DNA of 64,000 bases, from positions 96,828 to 160,827 of the forward strand of contig JAQUKH010000002.1 of assembly GCA_028719205.1 (NCBI GenBank), in the 5' to 3' direction. This document shows positions 28,058-38,492 of the stretch, in pieces; the stretch's first letter is position 1, and the number at the start of each line of letters is the position of its first letter. Below the pieces are notes generated by a model, which was not told where the DNA came from, did no database searches, and was given only the letters and a program-made list of their open reading frames with translations. This stretch comes from a bacterium (lineage in GTDB: Bacteria > JACRDZ01 > JAQUKH01). The translations under genes and the position numbers were made by a program.

Positions 28058-29548
28058 TTAATCATTGTGCAGCTGAATGTCAATTGTTTTTTGATTTGGA
28101 AACGCGGACGAAAATGCCTCGATCCTTTTTCTTGTGATATCTTTGCCTAAAAGGAAGATGGTTTCAAAAAGTCCGGGTGTGACAGTCTTGCCTGTGAGGA
28201 TAATTCTTAATGCCTGGATGGTTTCTTTAGGTTTTACATTATGTTTTTCAGATATATCCCTGATTGTTTTTTCAATAGTTTCAAGGTTAAAAGGTTCCAA
28301 CTGTAAAAGCGCATCTTTTGTATCAGGGATAATAGTCAATCCGTTTTTAGATTTTTCCAGAACCTTTAATATATCTTCAGAGTATTCGATTCTGTCCTTA
28401 AAAAAGAAATCCGTATAAGGGACAATATCGCCTAACAATTTTAATCTATCACCTACGATCTCAACGATTTTTTGAAGGAACTCTGTTCTGTCTTCATTTT
28501 TAGCTAATAAACCGGCTTTCTGTAAGAAGGGGATAACTAATTTTGTTCTTTCAGGCAGCGGTGCATTTTTAATATATTCACCGTTTAACCAGATAAGTTT
28601 TTCGGTGTTAAAAACCGCGGCATTTTTTCCTATACGTTCCAGCGAAAATTTCTCGATCAGCTCTTCGCGTGAAAATATTTCCTGTTTTTCATCAAAAGAC
28701 CAGCCGAGCCTCGCAAGAAAATTTATCAGCGCGTCCGGAAGGTAGCCTTTTTCCGCGTATTCATCCACTGCGGTTGCCCCGTGCCTTTTTGATAAACGGG
28801 TATGGTCTGATCCCAGTATCATAGGGAGATGCCCGAATTGAGGGAGCGCGGCGTTCAGTGCATGGTACAAAAGGATCTGCCTCGGGGTATTTGAAATATG
28901 ATCGTCCCCGCGCAGGACATGCGTAATCTTCATTGTAATATCATCAATGACAACCGCGAAATTATAGGTTGGTATCTGGTCATTGGATTTCAGGATTACA
29001 AAATCATCCAAGTCCTCATTTTTGAATTTTATCTCACCCCGGATAAGATCTATAAAAGAAGTTTCTCCTGAAGGGATCTTAAACCTTATAGCGGGTGTCT
29101 GTCCATTTTTCCGGAGCTCATCCTTTTTTTCTTTGCTGAGCGCAAGGCATCTGCGGTCATAGACAAAAGGAACGCCTTTTTTTTGAGCCTCTTCTCTTCT
29201 CGCCTGAAGTTCTTCCGCCTTGCAGAAACAAAAATAAGCTTTTTCTTCACAAAGCAGTTTATCAATGAATTTCGCGTAAATATCTTTTCTTTCAAATTGG
29301 TAATACGGGCCGTAATCGCCGCCAACTTCAGGGCCTTCATCCCAATTGAGCCCCAGAAATTTCATAGCGTCAATTATTTCCTTTGCGGATGCTTCCGAAG
29401 ACCGTGCCACATCGGTATCTTCAATCCTCAAAATAAATTTCCCGCCGACATGCCTCGCGAAAAGCCAGTTAAAAAGGGCAGTGCGGGCTCCGCCAAGATG
29501 TAAATGCCCTGTCGGGCTTGGGGCAAATCGGACTCGAATATTATTCAT
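28058..29548 (-). CDS. gltX: Glutamyl-tRNA synthetase
   Basis: VRFAPSPTGHLHLGGARTALFNWLFARH, KLSKRHG. Confidence 0.9.
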   Translation of the reverse strand: MNNIRVRFAPSPTGHLHLGGARTALFNWLFARHVGGKFILRIEDTDVARSSEASAKEIIDAMKFLGLNWDEGPEVGGDYGPYYQFERKDIYAKFIDKLLCEEKAYFCFCKAEELQARREEAQKKGVPFVYDRRCLALSKEKKDELRKNGQTPAIRFKIPSGETSFIDLIRGEIKFKNEDLDDFVILKSNDQIPTYNFAVVIDDITMKITHVLRGDDHISNTPRQILLYHALNAALPQFGHLPMILGSDHTRLSKRHGATAVDEYAEKGYLPDALINFLARLGWSFDEKQEIFSREELIEKFSLERIGKNAAVFNTEKLIWLNGEYIKNAPLPERTKLVIPFLQKAGLLAKNEDRTEFLQKIVEIVGDRLKLLGDIVPYTDFFFKDRIEYSEDILKVLEKSKNGLTIIPDTKDALLQLEPFNLETIEKTIRDISEKHNVKPKETIQALRIILTGKTVTPGLFETIFLLGKDITRKRIEAFSSAFPNQKTIDIQLHND

Positions 29549-29627
29549 ATTAATAAGATTTCCTTTTTCAATATTTAAAGCGTAAATGATAAACTAAATT
29601 TTACGAAATGGCAAGCGCAATCATCTA

Positions 29628-30107
29628 TTAAAGGGTTTTACTTAAAATTAACCTGCACTTACTGTTCCCATCACCGATCCTGTGCGTAAATTCGATATTC
29701 AACCCGCAGGCTTGAAATGTGCCCAAGTCGATTTGATAGGCAATATCGCATAATGCTTTGATTTTCTCATCTGAAAAATTGTTTTCCTTCCATGCCTCGA
29801 CAAGGGGGCAGGCTTTCATGATCAGGACGCATTCATTTTCATTCACTTTTTCTATTCCCGGATTGAAAATTTTGCCGTTTAGCGGGGAGGATTTCACGAA
29901 TTCTTTCGCGAGGGCTTTCAGTCCGCCTTTTTTCAATGCCTTTTTATATTTTCCGCACTTTGATTCTCCTAATTTGTAGATGCTTTCGGAAAAAATTTTG
30001 CCGGCTTTTTTTGCTCCCAGTTTTTCTTTCATTTCTTCATAGATAAACGCGTAGGCCATGGCCCTGCTTTTAATAGCGTCTTTGAGCTCTTTTCCTGTTT
30101 TAACCAT
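29628..30107 (-). CDS. Hypothetical protein (possibly ATC-hydrolase-like family)
   Basis: 159 aa, Lys-rich, with conserved Cys (CPLVEAW, LCDIAYQ, ACGLNIEF). The assignment is tentative and from memory. Confidence 0.3.
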   Translation of the reverse strand: MVKTGKELKDAIKSRAMAYAFIYEEMKEKLGAKKAGKIFSESIYKLGESKCGKYKKALKKGGLKALAKEFVKSSPLNGKIFNPGIEKVNENECVLIMKACPLVEAWKENNFSDEKIKALCDIAYQIDLGTFQACGLNIEFTHRIGDGNSKCRLILSKTL

Positions 30108-30182
30108 TTTAAGTTCCTCCTTGACTTTATCTCCCTTGTCTAATATTATACACGGAAAGCAAAGTATTAAGAAGGGGATTGC

Positions 30183-30986
30183 ATGAGTGATATTATTAAA
30201 GCAATTATTTTGGGAGTAGTCGAAGGTGTTACGGAATTTCTGCCTATTTCCTCAACTGGGCATCTGATCCTTGTAAACCAGTATATTTCTTTCAGCGAGC
30301 AGTTTACAAAGATGTTTGATATTGTGATACAACTTGGGGCAATTATATCCGTGGTGGTGTTTTTCAGAAGTAAGATCCTGCCGTTCAATAAAGATAACGC
30401 GACTGAAAAAAATCAGATATATGATATATGGAAAAAAACAATAATTGGAGTAATTCCGGCATTGTTTATCGGGGCGTTATTAAAAAAGCATATAGAGGAA
30501 TTATTATTTAATCCGTTAACTGTTTCTATCGCTCTTGTGATTGGCGGAATAGTGTTAATCTTTTTAGAAAACCTTAAAAAGGATCATAAAATCCAAACAA
30601 TCGCGGAATTAAGTTATAAAACAGCATTCATTATAGGCTTGATTCAGTGCCTTGCTATGATCCCGGGAACATCCAGGTCTGCCGCGACAATAATTGGCGC
30701 TATGATTTTAGGATGTTCACGTATTGTTGCTGTGGAATTTTCATTCTATTTAGCCATTCCTACAATTGCAGCGGCATCCGCTTATTCATTTTTAAAGGCT
30801 GGTATGATATTATCTTCGAGTGAACTTATGGCTTTAGCGATTGGTTTTATTGTTTCTTTTCTTGTAGCGTGGATAGTTATTGCAGGTTTTATGAATTTTA
30901 TAAGCAAAAGGGATTTTAAACTGTTTGGATATTACAGGATAATTCTTGGGGGAATTGTTTTGTTGATGTTTCTGCTGAAGAGATAA
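30183..30986 (+). CDS. uppP: Undecaprenyl-diphosphate phosphatase
   Basis: GVVEGVTEFLPISSTGHLIL and SRSAATIIGA motifs. 8 TM. Confidence 0.9.
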   Translation: MSDIIKAIILGVVEGVTEFLPISSTGHLILVNQYISFSEQFTKMFDIVIQLGAIISVVVFFRSKILPFNKDNATEKNQIYDIWKKTIIGVIPALFIGALLKKHIEELLFNPLTVSIALVIGGIVLIFLENLKKDHKIQTIAELSYKTAFIIGLIQCLAMIPGTSRSAATIIGAMILGCSRIVAVEFSFYLAIPTIAAASAYSFLKAGMILSSSELMALAIGFIVSFLVAWIVIAGFMNFISKRDFKLFGYYRIILGGIVLLMFLLKR

Positions 30987-31065
30987 TATTTATTAATTTC
31001 TAATTGAGGTAGATTATTTAAATAAAAAAACTACAATTGGGAATTGGAAATTAGTAATTAGAAAT

Positions 31066-31515
31066 TTATTTTCCTGTGTGCCCGAACCCGCCGTCATTTC
31101 TTTTTGTCTTTGATAAAACTGATGTTATTTTAAATTCGGCTCTTGTTATTTTGGAGATAACCATCTGCGCGATACGATCCCCGCGGTTTATTACAAAAGG
31201 TTTTTTACCTAAATTTATAATTATTATCCCTATTTCACCGCGATAATCTGCGTCTATTGTGCCGGGGCTGTTAAGGATCCCGATCCCGTGTTTTAACGCA
31301 AGGCCGCTTCTGGGCCTTATTTGGGCTTCAAAATTACTTGGAAGCGCGATCTGCAATCCGGTTGGAACAAGTTCTATTTTACCGGGTTTTATCACTAATT
31401 TTTTTGTTACTGCGGCTGAAATATCTACACCCGCAGCATGCTTACTCATGTAAACAGGCTGCGGGATATCTTCATTTCCCGGTAATCTTCGAATATCTAC
31501 TTTAACCTTGCTCAT
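31066..31515 (-). CDS. dut: dUTP diphosphatase
   Basis: [36 protein letters not shown] motifs. Confidence 0.9.
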   Translation of the reverse strand: MSKVKVDIRRLPGNEDIPQPVYMSKHAAGVDISAAVTKKLVIKPGKIELVPTGLQIALPSNFEAQIRPRSGLALKHGIGILNSPGTIDADYRGEIGIIIINLGKKPFVINRGDRIAQMVISKITRAEFKITSVLSKTKRNDGGFGHTGK

Positions 31516-31733
31516 GCAGGTTTCTGGACTTCTTCCGCTTTTTTATATTTCTTATTGAATTTTTCAATTCGTCCGGCAGTGTCAATTAGTTTGTGTTTGC
31601 CTGTGAAAAACGGATGGCACTGTGAGCAAATTTCCAGTTTTAATTCACTCTTTGTGGACCGGGTTACGAATTTATTGCCGCAGGCGCAGCTTACTGTAAC
31701 CTCTTCGTATTTTGGATGAATACCTTCTTTCAT
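31512..31733 (-). CDS. rpmE: 50S ribosomal protein L31
   Basis: MKEGIHPKY...CACGN...[11 protein letters not shown]. Confidence 0.9.
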   Translation of the reverse strand: MKEGIHPKYEEVTVSCACGNKFVTRSTKSELKLEICSQCHPFFTGKHKLIDTAGRIEKFNKKYKKAEEVQKPA

Positions 31734-31799
31734 TTCTAAACCCCTTTCTATGTACCACCCCTTTATCCCCTCCTTGCGAAGGAGGGGATGGGGGAGGTT

Positions 31800-33056
31800 T
31801 TATTTTTCAGTGCTATTAATTGATTCAAGAAAATCTTTATTAGTTTTTGTTTTTGCCATTTTTTCCAGCAATAATTCCATTATTTCCGTTTCACTTAACT
31901 GATGTAGAACGCGTAAAAGAAGCCATACACGGCTGAGCTCATCTTTGTCCATTAAAAGCTCTTCATGTCTCGTTCCTGAACGGCCTACATTAATGGCAGG
32001 GAATATTCGTTTTTCTATAAGGCCCCTGTCAAGATGCAGTTCCATGTTGCCGGTTCCTTTAAATTCTTCAAAAATTACATCGTCCATCCTGCTTCCTGTA
32101 TCAACTAAAGCAGTCGCGAGAATTGTTAAACTTCCGCCTTCTTCAATATTTCTGGCGGACCCGAAAAAGCGTTTCGGGCGCTGCAGGGCATTAGAATCAA
32201 TACCTCCCGATAGTACTTTGCCGCTTGAAGGAATAATAGAATTGTAAGCGCGTGCCAGACGGGTGATACTGTCTAACAAAATTACAACATCTTTTTGATG
32301 TTCCACAAGCCGTTTTGCCTTTTCTAAAACCATTTCCGCGACCTGGACGTGCCTTGTAGGCGGCTCGTCAAATGTGGAGCTGATTACCTCACCTTTAACT
32401 GAGCGCTGCATATCTGTTACTTCTTCGGGCCGTTCGTCAATTAAAAGAACAATTAAAGCTACTTCCGGATGGTTAGTAGTAATGCTGTTTGCTATAGCCT
32501 GAAGAAGCATGGTTTTACCGGTTCTTGGCGGGGCAACGATCAAACCTCTTTGTCCCTTTCCAATAGGGGTGATTATATCCATGACCCGCATCGATAAATT
32601 ACTTCTTGTTGTTTCGAGTTTTATCCTTTTTTGGGGGTAAAGCGGGGTTAAGTTGTCAAAAAGTATCTTGTTTTTCGCGATTTCAGGATTTTCAAAATTT
32701 ATTGCTTCAACATGCAAAAGAGCAAAATATCTTTCGCCTTCTTTTGGCGGACGAATTTGCCCTGAAACAGCATCACCTGTCCGCAAAGAAAATTTTCTGA
32801 TCTGTGACGGTGAAACATATATATCGTCAGGCCCGGGCAAATAATTGTATTTTTCAGAACGGAGAAAACCGTATCCATCCTGCAGTGTTTCCAAAACTCC
32901 CTGCCCGAATATAAGGCCGTTTTTTTCAGTTTGCCCCCTTAATATCTTGAAAATAAGTTCTTGTTTTCTTAAGTTACTAATGCCGTCTATCTTTAGATCC
33001 AGAGCGATCGTGGTCAGCTCAGAGATAGTTTTGCCTTGCAGCGCGCCTATATCCAT
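31800..33056 (-). CDS. rho: Transcription termination factor Rho
   Basis: Full-length Rho: N-terminal OB/CSD, Walker [17 protein letters not shown] and R loops. It has a ~240-bp leader (33057-33297). Confidence 0.95.
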   Translation of the reverse strand: MDIGALQGKTISELTTIALDLKIDGISNLRKQELIFKILRGQTEKNGLIFGQGVLETLQDGYGFLRSEKYNYLPGPDDIYVSPSQIRKFSLRTGDAVSGQIRPPKEGERYFALLHVEAINFENPEIAKNKILFDNLTPLYPQKRIKLETTRSNLSMRVMDIITPIGKGQRGLIVAPPRTGKTMLLQAIANSITTNHPEVALIVLLIDERPEEVTDMQRSVKGEVISSTFDEPPTRHVQVAEMVLEKAKRLVEHQKDVVILLDSITRLARAYNSIIPSSGKVLSGGIDSNALQRPKRFFGSARNIEEGGSLTILATALVDTGSRMDDVIFEEFKGTGNMELHLDRGLIEKRIFPAINVGRSGTRHEELLMDKDELSRVWLLLRVLHQLSETEIMELLLEKMAKTKTNKDFLESINSTEK

Positions 33057-33297
33057 TTATTTCTCCTTTTGAAACTTTTAAACACATCAGATTTATAATA
33101 TATTTCCATTTAGATTGAGAATAGAAAGCAGACAAAGATTCAGCATTTTTTTAACAGGATAAACGGAAAAGTTTGATTTGATAAAAAAAATACAACATAC
33201 TCAACATTTATTTAATCCATTAACTGGAAGAGAACTACAACCTGAAGTGAAATTGATTTTATGGTTGGTTTTCAATTATTTCAGATTACAGTATATA

Positions 33298-33939
33298 TTA
33301 TTCTAAAAATTTGTCAAGTGATTTTTGTAATAAATTTTTTAAATTATTTTTCAGCTCTATCTTGGATAAATTATTTTTTATATGAAAATCGGCAAATTTC
33401 ACCTTTTCTTTCAAACGCATTTGGGCCGCGATGATCTTTTGAGCCAGTATTTTCCTGTTTTTATCTTTACCTGCGAACCGCCCGATCTGAAGGCTTTTCG
33501 ATGAGGAGACAACGATTAATTTATCCGTTAAACGCAATAAACCGGTTTCGATCAGAAGCGGGGCGTCGAGTATAACCATTTTGCAGCCCGATCTTTTGCA
33601 GTTTTTTATTTGTTTTATTATCTCTGATATTATCGCCGGATGGAGTATGTTTTCCAGTCTTTTTAATTCTACGGCAGAGCAGAAGACAATTTTCCCGAGT
33701 ATTTTCCTGTCAATAGAACCATCTTTTTTTAATATATCCTTACCGAAGGCTTTTATTATTTTCCTAATGCAGACTGATCCCGGTTTCATAAGGCCATGCC
33801 CGATCTTATCCGCGTCAATTATCGGAGCGCCGGTTAACTCATGTAAAATGTCTGCAACGGTTGATTTCCCTGTGGCAAGGCCGCCAGTAATGCCTATGAC
33901 TAAAGTTTTTAGTTTTAAGTTTTTAGTTTTAAGTTTCAT
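33298..33939 (-). CDS. coaE: Dephospho-CoA kinase
   Basis: IGITGGLATGKST, IIDADKIGH. Confidence 0.85.
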   Translation of the reverse strand: MKLKTKNLKLKTLVIGITGGLATGKSTVADILHELTGAPIIDADKIGHGLMKPGSVCIRKIIKAFGKDILKKDGSIDRKILGKIVFCSAVELKRLENILHPAIISEIIKQIKNCKRSGCKMVILDAPLLIETGLLRLTDKLIVVSSSKSLQIGRFAGKDKNRKILAQKIIAAQMRLKEKVKFADFHIKNNLSKIELKNNLKNLLQKSLDKFLE

Positions 33940-33948
33940 TTATGACTT

Positions 33949-34827
33949 CTAAATTTTATTAATAAGATTATTGAATTCCAGTTCCTTAAACAATTGTTCC
34001 AGTTTTTCCCGGTTAAATTCTTTTATCCTGCAATTATGTATATCAATATCGAACGGCACGTCGGTTTTTATTACGGCGAGGCGTTTGCTTAATATGGCGG
34101 TATCTTTATTTTTTATAATGGATCTTCTGTGCTTTTCGTTTTTTATTTCGTTAACATTCTCAATGAGGTTTTCTATGGTGTTAAAGCGGTTGATGAGGCT
34201 CAGCGCGCCTTTCTGGCCGATACCGTCAACACCGGGGATATTGTCGGAACTGTCGCCGCACAGCGCGAGGAAATCCGGAATATTTTCAGGGGGGACGCCC
34301 ATTTTTTCTATGACAGCGTTACGGTCATAATATATTTTTTCCCCGCGGTCATTCAGGACTTTTATTTTACCGTTTACCAATTGAAGAATATCTTTGTCGG
34401 AGGACACGATCGTGACTTCCAGGGACTCGTTTGTAACATGTTTTGCTATCGTCCCGATAAGGTCGTCTGCCTCAAACCCGGGCATTTCGAAAATAGGGAT
34501 ATTGAATCCGTTAACCACCTCTTTGATATAAGGCATCTGGCTTTTCAGGTCATCCGGCATGGGTTTGCGGTGGATCTTATAATCTGTAAATTCTTCCGCC
34601 CTCCATGTGGTTTTAGGATGGTCAAAGGCGCAGGCGATATAATCCGGTTTTTCTTCCTTTAGGATCTTTAAGAGCATATTTGTAAATCCATATACGGCGT
34701 TAGTCATTTGCCCCTTGGAATTTTTAAGGTCGCGGATCGCGTAGAATGCCCGGTAGATGTAGGAATGGGAGTCTATTAAATAAAACCTTCCTTTTATCTC
34801 AGAAAAAAGATCTATAGTATCTTTCAT
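33949..34827 (-). CDS. 5'-3' exonuclease (stand-alone Pol I N-terminal/FEN-like domain)
   Basis: LIDSHSYIYRAFYA, GFTNMLLK, ACAFD, GFEADDLIG, GDSSDNIPGVDGIGQK. Confidence 0.85.
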   Translation of the reverse strand: MKDTIDLFSEIKGRFYLIDSHSYIYRAFYAIRDLKNSKGQMTNAVYGFTNMLLKILKEEKPDYIACAFDHPKTTWRAEEFTDYKIHRKPMPDDLKSQMPYIKEVVNGFNIPIFEMPGFEADDLIGTIAKHVTNESLEVTIVSSDKDILQLVNGKIKVLNDRGEKIYYDRNAVIEKMGVPPENIPDFLALCGDSSDNIPGVDGIGQKGALSLINRFNTIENLIENVNEIKNEKHRRSIIKNKDTAILSKRLAVIKTDVPFDIDIHNCRIKEFNREKLEQLFKELEFNNLINKI

Positions 34828-35893
34828 ATTCGGCTCCGATTTTTTCTATTGAATATTTTTTTATCGCAATCTTCCGGGCGAGGGCGCCCATTTTTTTTGT
34901 TTTTTCGGGATGTTCCAGAAGTTCAATTGCTTTTTTAGCCATTCCCTTTATATCGCCGACAGGCAGAAGATAACCCGTTATACAATTTTTTATGACCTCC
35001 GGAAGGCCTCCCGCGTTTGAGGCGATGACAGGGACCTCGCATGCCATAGCTTCAAGCGCGGTCAGCCCGAAACTTTCATTCTCCGAGGGCAGGATGAAGA
35101 TATCCGATTTTGAGAAGATCTCAGTTATATTTTTCTGGTTGCCTAAAAATGTAATATGGCGCGTCAGCTTTAACTTACGCGCAAGCTCGATACATTTATT
35201 TTTTTCAGGGCCGTCACCGGCCATTAAGAGATGGGCATTCGTTTTCTGCCGGACAATATTAAAAATTTTTATTACGTCTAACGTTCTTTTTATAGGCCGG
35301 AAATTTGAAATATGCGTGATAACTTTCTTATGTTCTCTTTTTACTGATTTTCTCTTAAGATATTCAGGATTGATAAAGTTTGGAATTAATTTGATTTCGC
35401 AATCCGCGCAAAATTTTTCTTCGGTTATTCTCTTTAAATAACGGGAAACCGCTGTTACCCCGTCGCTTACTTCAAGGCCGAATTTAACCAGCGGGAAATA
35501 TCCCGGGTCAAGCCCGATCAGATGAATATCCGTTCCATGAAGCGTGGTAATGATTTTAGGTTTTCTTGATGAAATTAATTGCGCGAGATACGCGGAAATA
35601 GTGTGTGGGAGCGCGTAATGGACATGAAAAAGGTCGAGCTTATATTTTTCAGCCACTTCTTTCATTTCACTTGCTAAAGCAAAAGCGTATAGGGGGTAAG
35701 AAAATACGGGATAGGGTTTTGTTTTTACCGGATGGAAGTACACATTTTTCAATCCGCTTTTCAGCCTGAAAGGTTTTTGTGAGGAAATAAAATGGACCTC
35801 ATGCCCCTTCCGGGCCATATACATTCCCAATTCAGTCGCTATCGCGCCGCTTCCGCCATAAGTTGGAAAACATGCAATTCCGATTTTTAACAT
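34799..35893 (-). CDS. bshA: GT4 glycosyltransferase, BshA-like (N-acetylglucosaminyl-L-malate synthase)
   Basis: LKIGIACFPTYGGSGAIATELGMYMARKGHEVHFISS closely resembles the BshA N-terminus. GT4 EX7E region. Adjacent to a BshB-like gene. Confidence 0.7.
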   Translation of the reverse strand: MLKIGIACFPTYGGSGAIATELGMYMARKGHEVHFISSQKPFRLKSGLKNVYFHPVKTKPYPVFSYPLYAFALASEMKEVAEKYKLDLFHVHYALPHTISAYLAQLISSRKPKIITTLHGTDIHLIGLDPGYFPLVKFGLEVSDGVTAVSRYLKRITEEKFCADCEIKLIPNFINPEYLKRKSVKREHKKVITHISNFRPIKRTLDVIKIFNIVRQKTNAHLLMAGDGPEKNKCIELARKLKLTRHITFLGNQKNITEIFSKSDIFILPSENESFGLTALEAMACEVPVIASNAGGLPEVIKNCITGYLLPVGDIKGMAKKAIELLEHPEKTKKMGALARKIAIKKYSIEKIGAEYERYYRSFF

Positions 35894-36564
35894 AGGATTT
35901 TAAATGGATCTGAAATTTTTAAGGGAACTTTGGAAATAAACGGTTCTCCAAACCGGGTTTTGACAAGTGAACCGCAAAATTTAGCTTTGGTTTCCAGCCT
36001 TTCCAGAAAGTCTTTCCGCTCTTTCATCCCGAATTGTGAATGATATGCCTTTATAGCCTTCATTTTTATCGCGAATTCGTCTGAAATATCAACAATAAAA
36101 CTTGGAAATACAAATTCATGCAATTGATAAAAAAATACAGTTTTAATTTTATGCGAGGCAAGAGGTATCTTTAAATTTTTCAAACCGGCGTAGAAAGCGC
36201 CTTTTTCCCCCAAAATTGAAGCTGTGACATGATCGGGATGCTGGTCCTGCCAGTATGGTAAAAGCAAAAGGGTTGGCTTGTAAAACCGTATTTTTTCCGC
36301 GAGAATGATACGGTTCTCTTCATTGTCCGCAACTTTAGCGTCGCCCATATCCAGCGTTTCTCTCGCGCTTAATTTCAAAATAGCGGAGGCCTTGATAGAT
36401 TCTTTTTTCCTTTGTTCAGGTGTTCCGAAAGTTCCGTTTTCACCTCTGGTGAGGTCAATGACGCCTGTTTTATATCCTAATTTTTCCATTTTGGATAAAA
36501 AACCGCCCGCGCAAATCTCAACATCATCAGGATGTGCCCCAAACGCTAAAATATCAAGTTTCAT
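35887..36564 (-). CDS. bshB: PIG-L/LmbE-family deacetylase, BshB-like
   Basis: LDILAFGAHPDDVEICAGG ... HPDH motifs. Immediately upstream of, and overlapping, the bshA-like gene. Confidence 0.7.
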   Translation of the reverse strand: MKLDILAFGAHPDDVEICAGGFLSKMEKLGYKTGVIDLTRGENGTFGTPEQRKKESIKASAILKLSARETLDMGDAKVADNEENRIILAEKIRFYKPTLLLLPYWQDQHPDHVTASILGEKGAFYAGLKNLKIPLASHKIKTVFFYQLHEFVFPSFIVDISDEFAIKMKAIKAYHSQFGMKERKDFLERLETKAKFCGSLVKTRFGEPFISKVPLKISDPFKILC

Positions 36565-36732
36565 ATTTTACTCCATAATATTATTAAACCATTATAGTCA
36601 TTTTAATCAATAAAATCAAGAACGATTCAATAAAAATGATGTGACTAAATCCTTCCAATAGTTTATTGACTTTACCTGTTTTCTGTGATTAAATAAATTC
36701 TAAAGTAATTCTATTTTACAGGAGATTATGTT

Positions 36733-38481
36733 TTGAAAATGAGATTGGCAAAAACAGCCGGATTTTGTATGGGAGTTCGGCTTGCGTTAAATAAGGTGTT
36801 AGAAGTTATAAATGAGAAAAAGGGGACAGATGAACTTATTTTTACTTTTGGGCCCATTATTCATAATAATCAGGTAATAGAATTATTAAATTCCAGAGGG
36901 GTGGAGGTTATAAATGATATCTCCCAACTTGAAAAATATAAAGGCAAACCCATTACGGTTGTTATCCGGTCACACGGGATTTCCCCTCAGGTTCGTAAAC
37001 AAATCATTGAAACCGGAGCAAACATATGCGACGCGACCTGTCCGCGTGTTGCTAAGGTGCAGTCTATAATCAAGAAATATTATAATGATGGCTATGATAT
37101 TATAATAATAGGCGACAAGGGACATGCTGAAGTTATAGGGCTTTTAGGATTCGCGGAAAATAAAGGCTATGTAATAAGCTCAATCCATGATATAGAAAAT
37201 CTTCCTCCATTGACAAAGAAAATATGTGTTATAGGCCAAACTACGCAGGATGAAAAATTTTTTTCAGAAATAACGGAAAATCTAAAACGGAAGTTCAAAA
37301 ATGTGGAAATATTTGACACTATTTGCGATTCAACTTCCATGCGTCAGAGCGAACTCAAAGAATTAGCCGCGACCTCCGAGGTTGTTATTGTAGTAGGCGG
37401 AAAAAACAGCGCGAATACGGCGCGCCTGGCGTCTCTCGCCAGCGAGCAGGGGACACCTACATTCCATGTGGAAACTTCTCTTGAGATACAACCGGATATG
37501 ATACAGAATTTCAGTTCGATCAGTATAACCGCAGGCGCTTCTACTCCCAACTGGATATTTCTTGATGTAGCGGAAAAAGTATTGGAGGTTAAAAAGCATA
37601 ATCTATTCTTTTTTAATAGATTTTTATTGACTCTTGGGCAGAATATATTAAAAACAAATATATTTATTTCTTTAGGCGCGGCGAGTTTAACTTATGCCAG
37701 CTGTGTTATTCAGCAAATAGAACCCAGATTTATTTATTTCCTGCTTTCCTTTTTATATATATTTTCAATGTATATATTAAACCAATTTACCGAACAGGTG
37801 AGTGTTGGATTTAATTACCCCGGTAAAAAACATTTTTATGACCGGCACCGCGGTGTTTTGATAACGGCGGGTATTTTAAGCGGCATAGCTTCGCTTGTTG
37901 TTTCCTTAAATCTGGGAATAACAATTTTTTCCCTTTTATTTATAGCGGTTTTAATGGGAATAATATATCAGGTTAAGGTTATACCTGAAAACTGGGGGAA
38001 AATATTCAAATATCAAAGGCTGAAAGACATTCCGGCATCAAAAGATATTTTTCTTGCTTTAGGATGGGTTGTTGTAATTGTGCTTTTTCCTTTGCTGGGA
38101 AGCGGCAAAGCGTTTACATCCGGTACAATACTGCTTTTGGTTTATGTTTTTACAGTAGTATTTATTCACTCTTTGATATACGGGATAAGAGACCTGCAGG
38201 GAGATATAATGATAGGTAAAGAAACGCTGCCTATCTTATTAGGAGAGAGAAAATCAATAAAATTCATTAAAAAACTTTGTGTTTTTTTGATCGGACTATT
38301 TCTAATATTTTTGTTAAAAGGATGGATACCTTCTTATAGTTTTTCCATATTTCTAATGCCTGTGTATATTTTAATATATATAAATATCTATAAAAATTTC
38401 AATTTTAACCGAGATCTATTTGAGCTGATCATAGATGCTCCTTTTTTACTATCAGGCCTGTTTAGTTTCTTCAGGATCTAA
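36733..38481 (+). CDS. ispH: IspH (4-hydroxy-3-methylbut-2-enyl diphosphate reductase) fused to a C-terminal ~300-aa polytopic membrane domain resembling UbiA-superfamily prenyltransferases
   Basis: Residues 1-285 are a typical IspH/LytB: GFCMGV, three conserved Cys, HN, ASTPN. Residues ~290-582 have ~8 TM helices and a YGIRDLQGDIMIGKETLPILLG block matching the second Asp-rich motif of UbiA/ChlG-type enzymes (YxxxDxxxD...G..TLP...G). The first motif is degenerate (NQFTE). An ATG at 36739 is an alternative start. Confidence 0.75.
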   Translation: MKMRLAKTAGFCMGVRLALNKVLEVINEKKGTDELIFTFGPIIHNNQVIELLNSRGVEVINDISQLEKYKGKPITVVIRSHGISPQVRKQIIETGANICDATCPRVAKVQSIIKKYYNDGYDIIIIGDKGHAEVIGLLGFAENKGYVISSIHDIENLPPLTKKICVIGQTTQDEKFFSEITENLKRKFKNVEIFDTICDSTSMRQSELKELAATSEVVIVVGGKNSANTARLASLASEQGTPTFHVETSLEIQPDMIQNFSSISITAGASTPNWIFLDVAEKVLEVKKHNLFFFNRFLLTLGQNILKTNIFISLGAASLTYASCVIQQIEPRFIYFLLSFLYIFSMYILNQFTEQVSVGFNYPGKKHFYDRHRGVLITAGILSGIASLVVSLNLGITIFSLLFIAVLMGIIYQVKVIPENWGKIFKYQRLKDIPASKDIFLALGWVVVIVLFPLLGSGKAFTSGTILLLVYVFTVVFIHSLIYGIRDLQGDIMIGKETLPILLGERKSIKFIKKLCVFLIGLFLIFLLKGWIPSYSFSIFLMPVYILIYINIYKNFNFNRDLFELIIDAPFLLSGLFSFFRI

Positions 38482-38492
38482 AACGATCTCCT

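Noticed and set aside
31767-31787. Hairpin CCCCTCCTT-gcg-AAGGAGGGG between rho and rpmE
   Set aside because: It is a good 9-bp stem but has no U-tract on the transcribed (minus) strand, and it sits 34-42 nt from the rpmE ATG, too far to be the SD. It is possibly a processing or attenuation element, but support is insufficient to call it a terminator.
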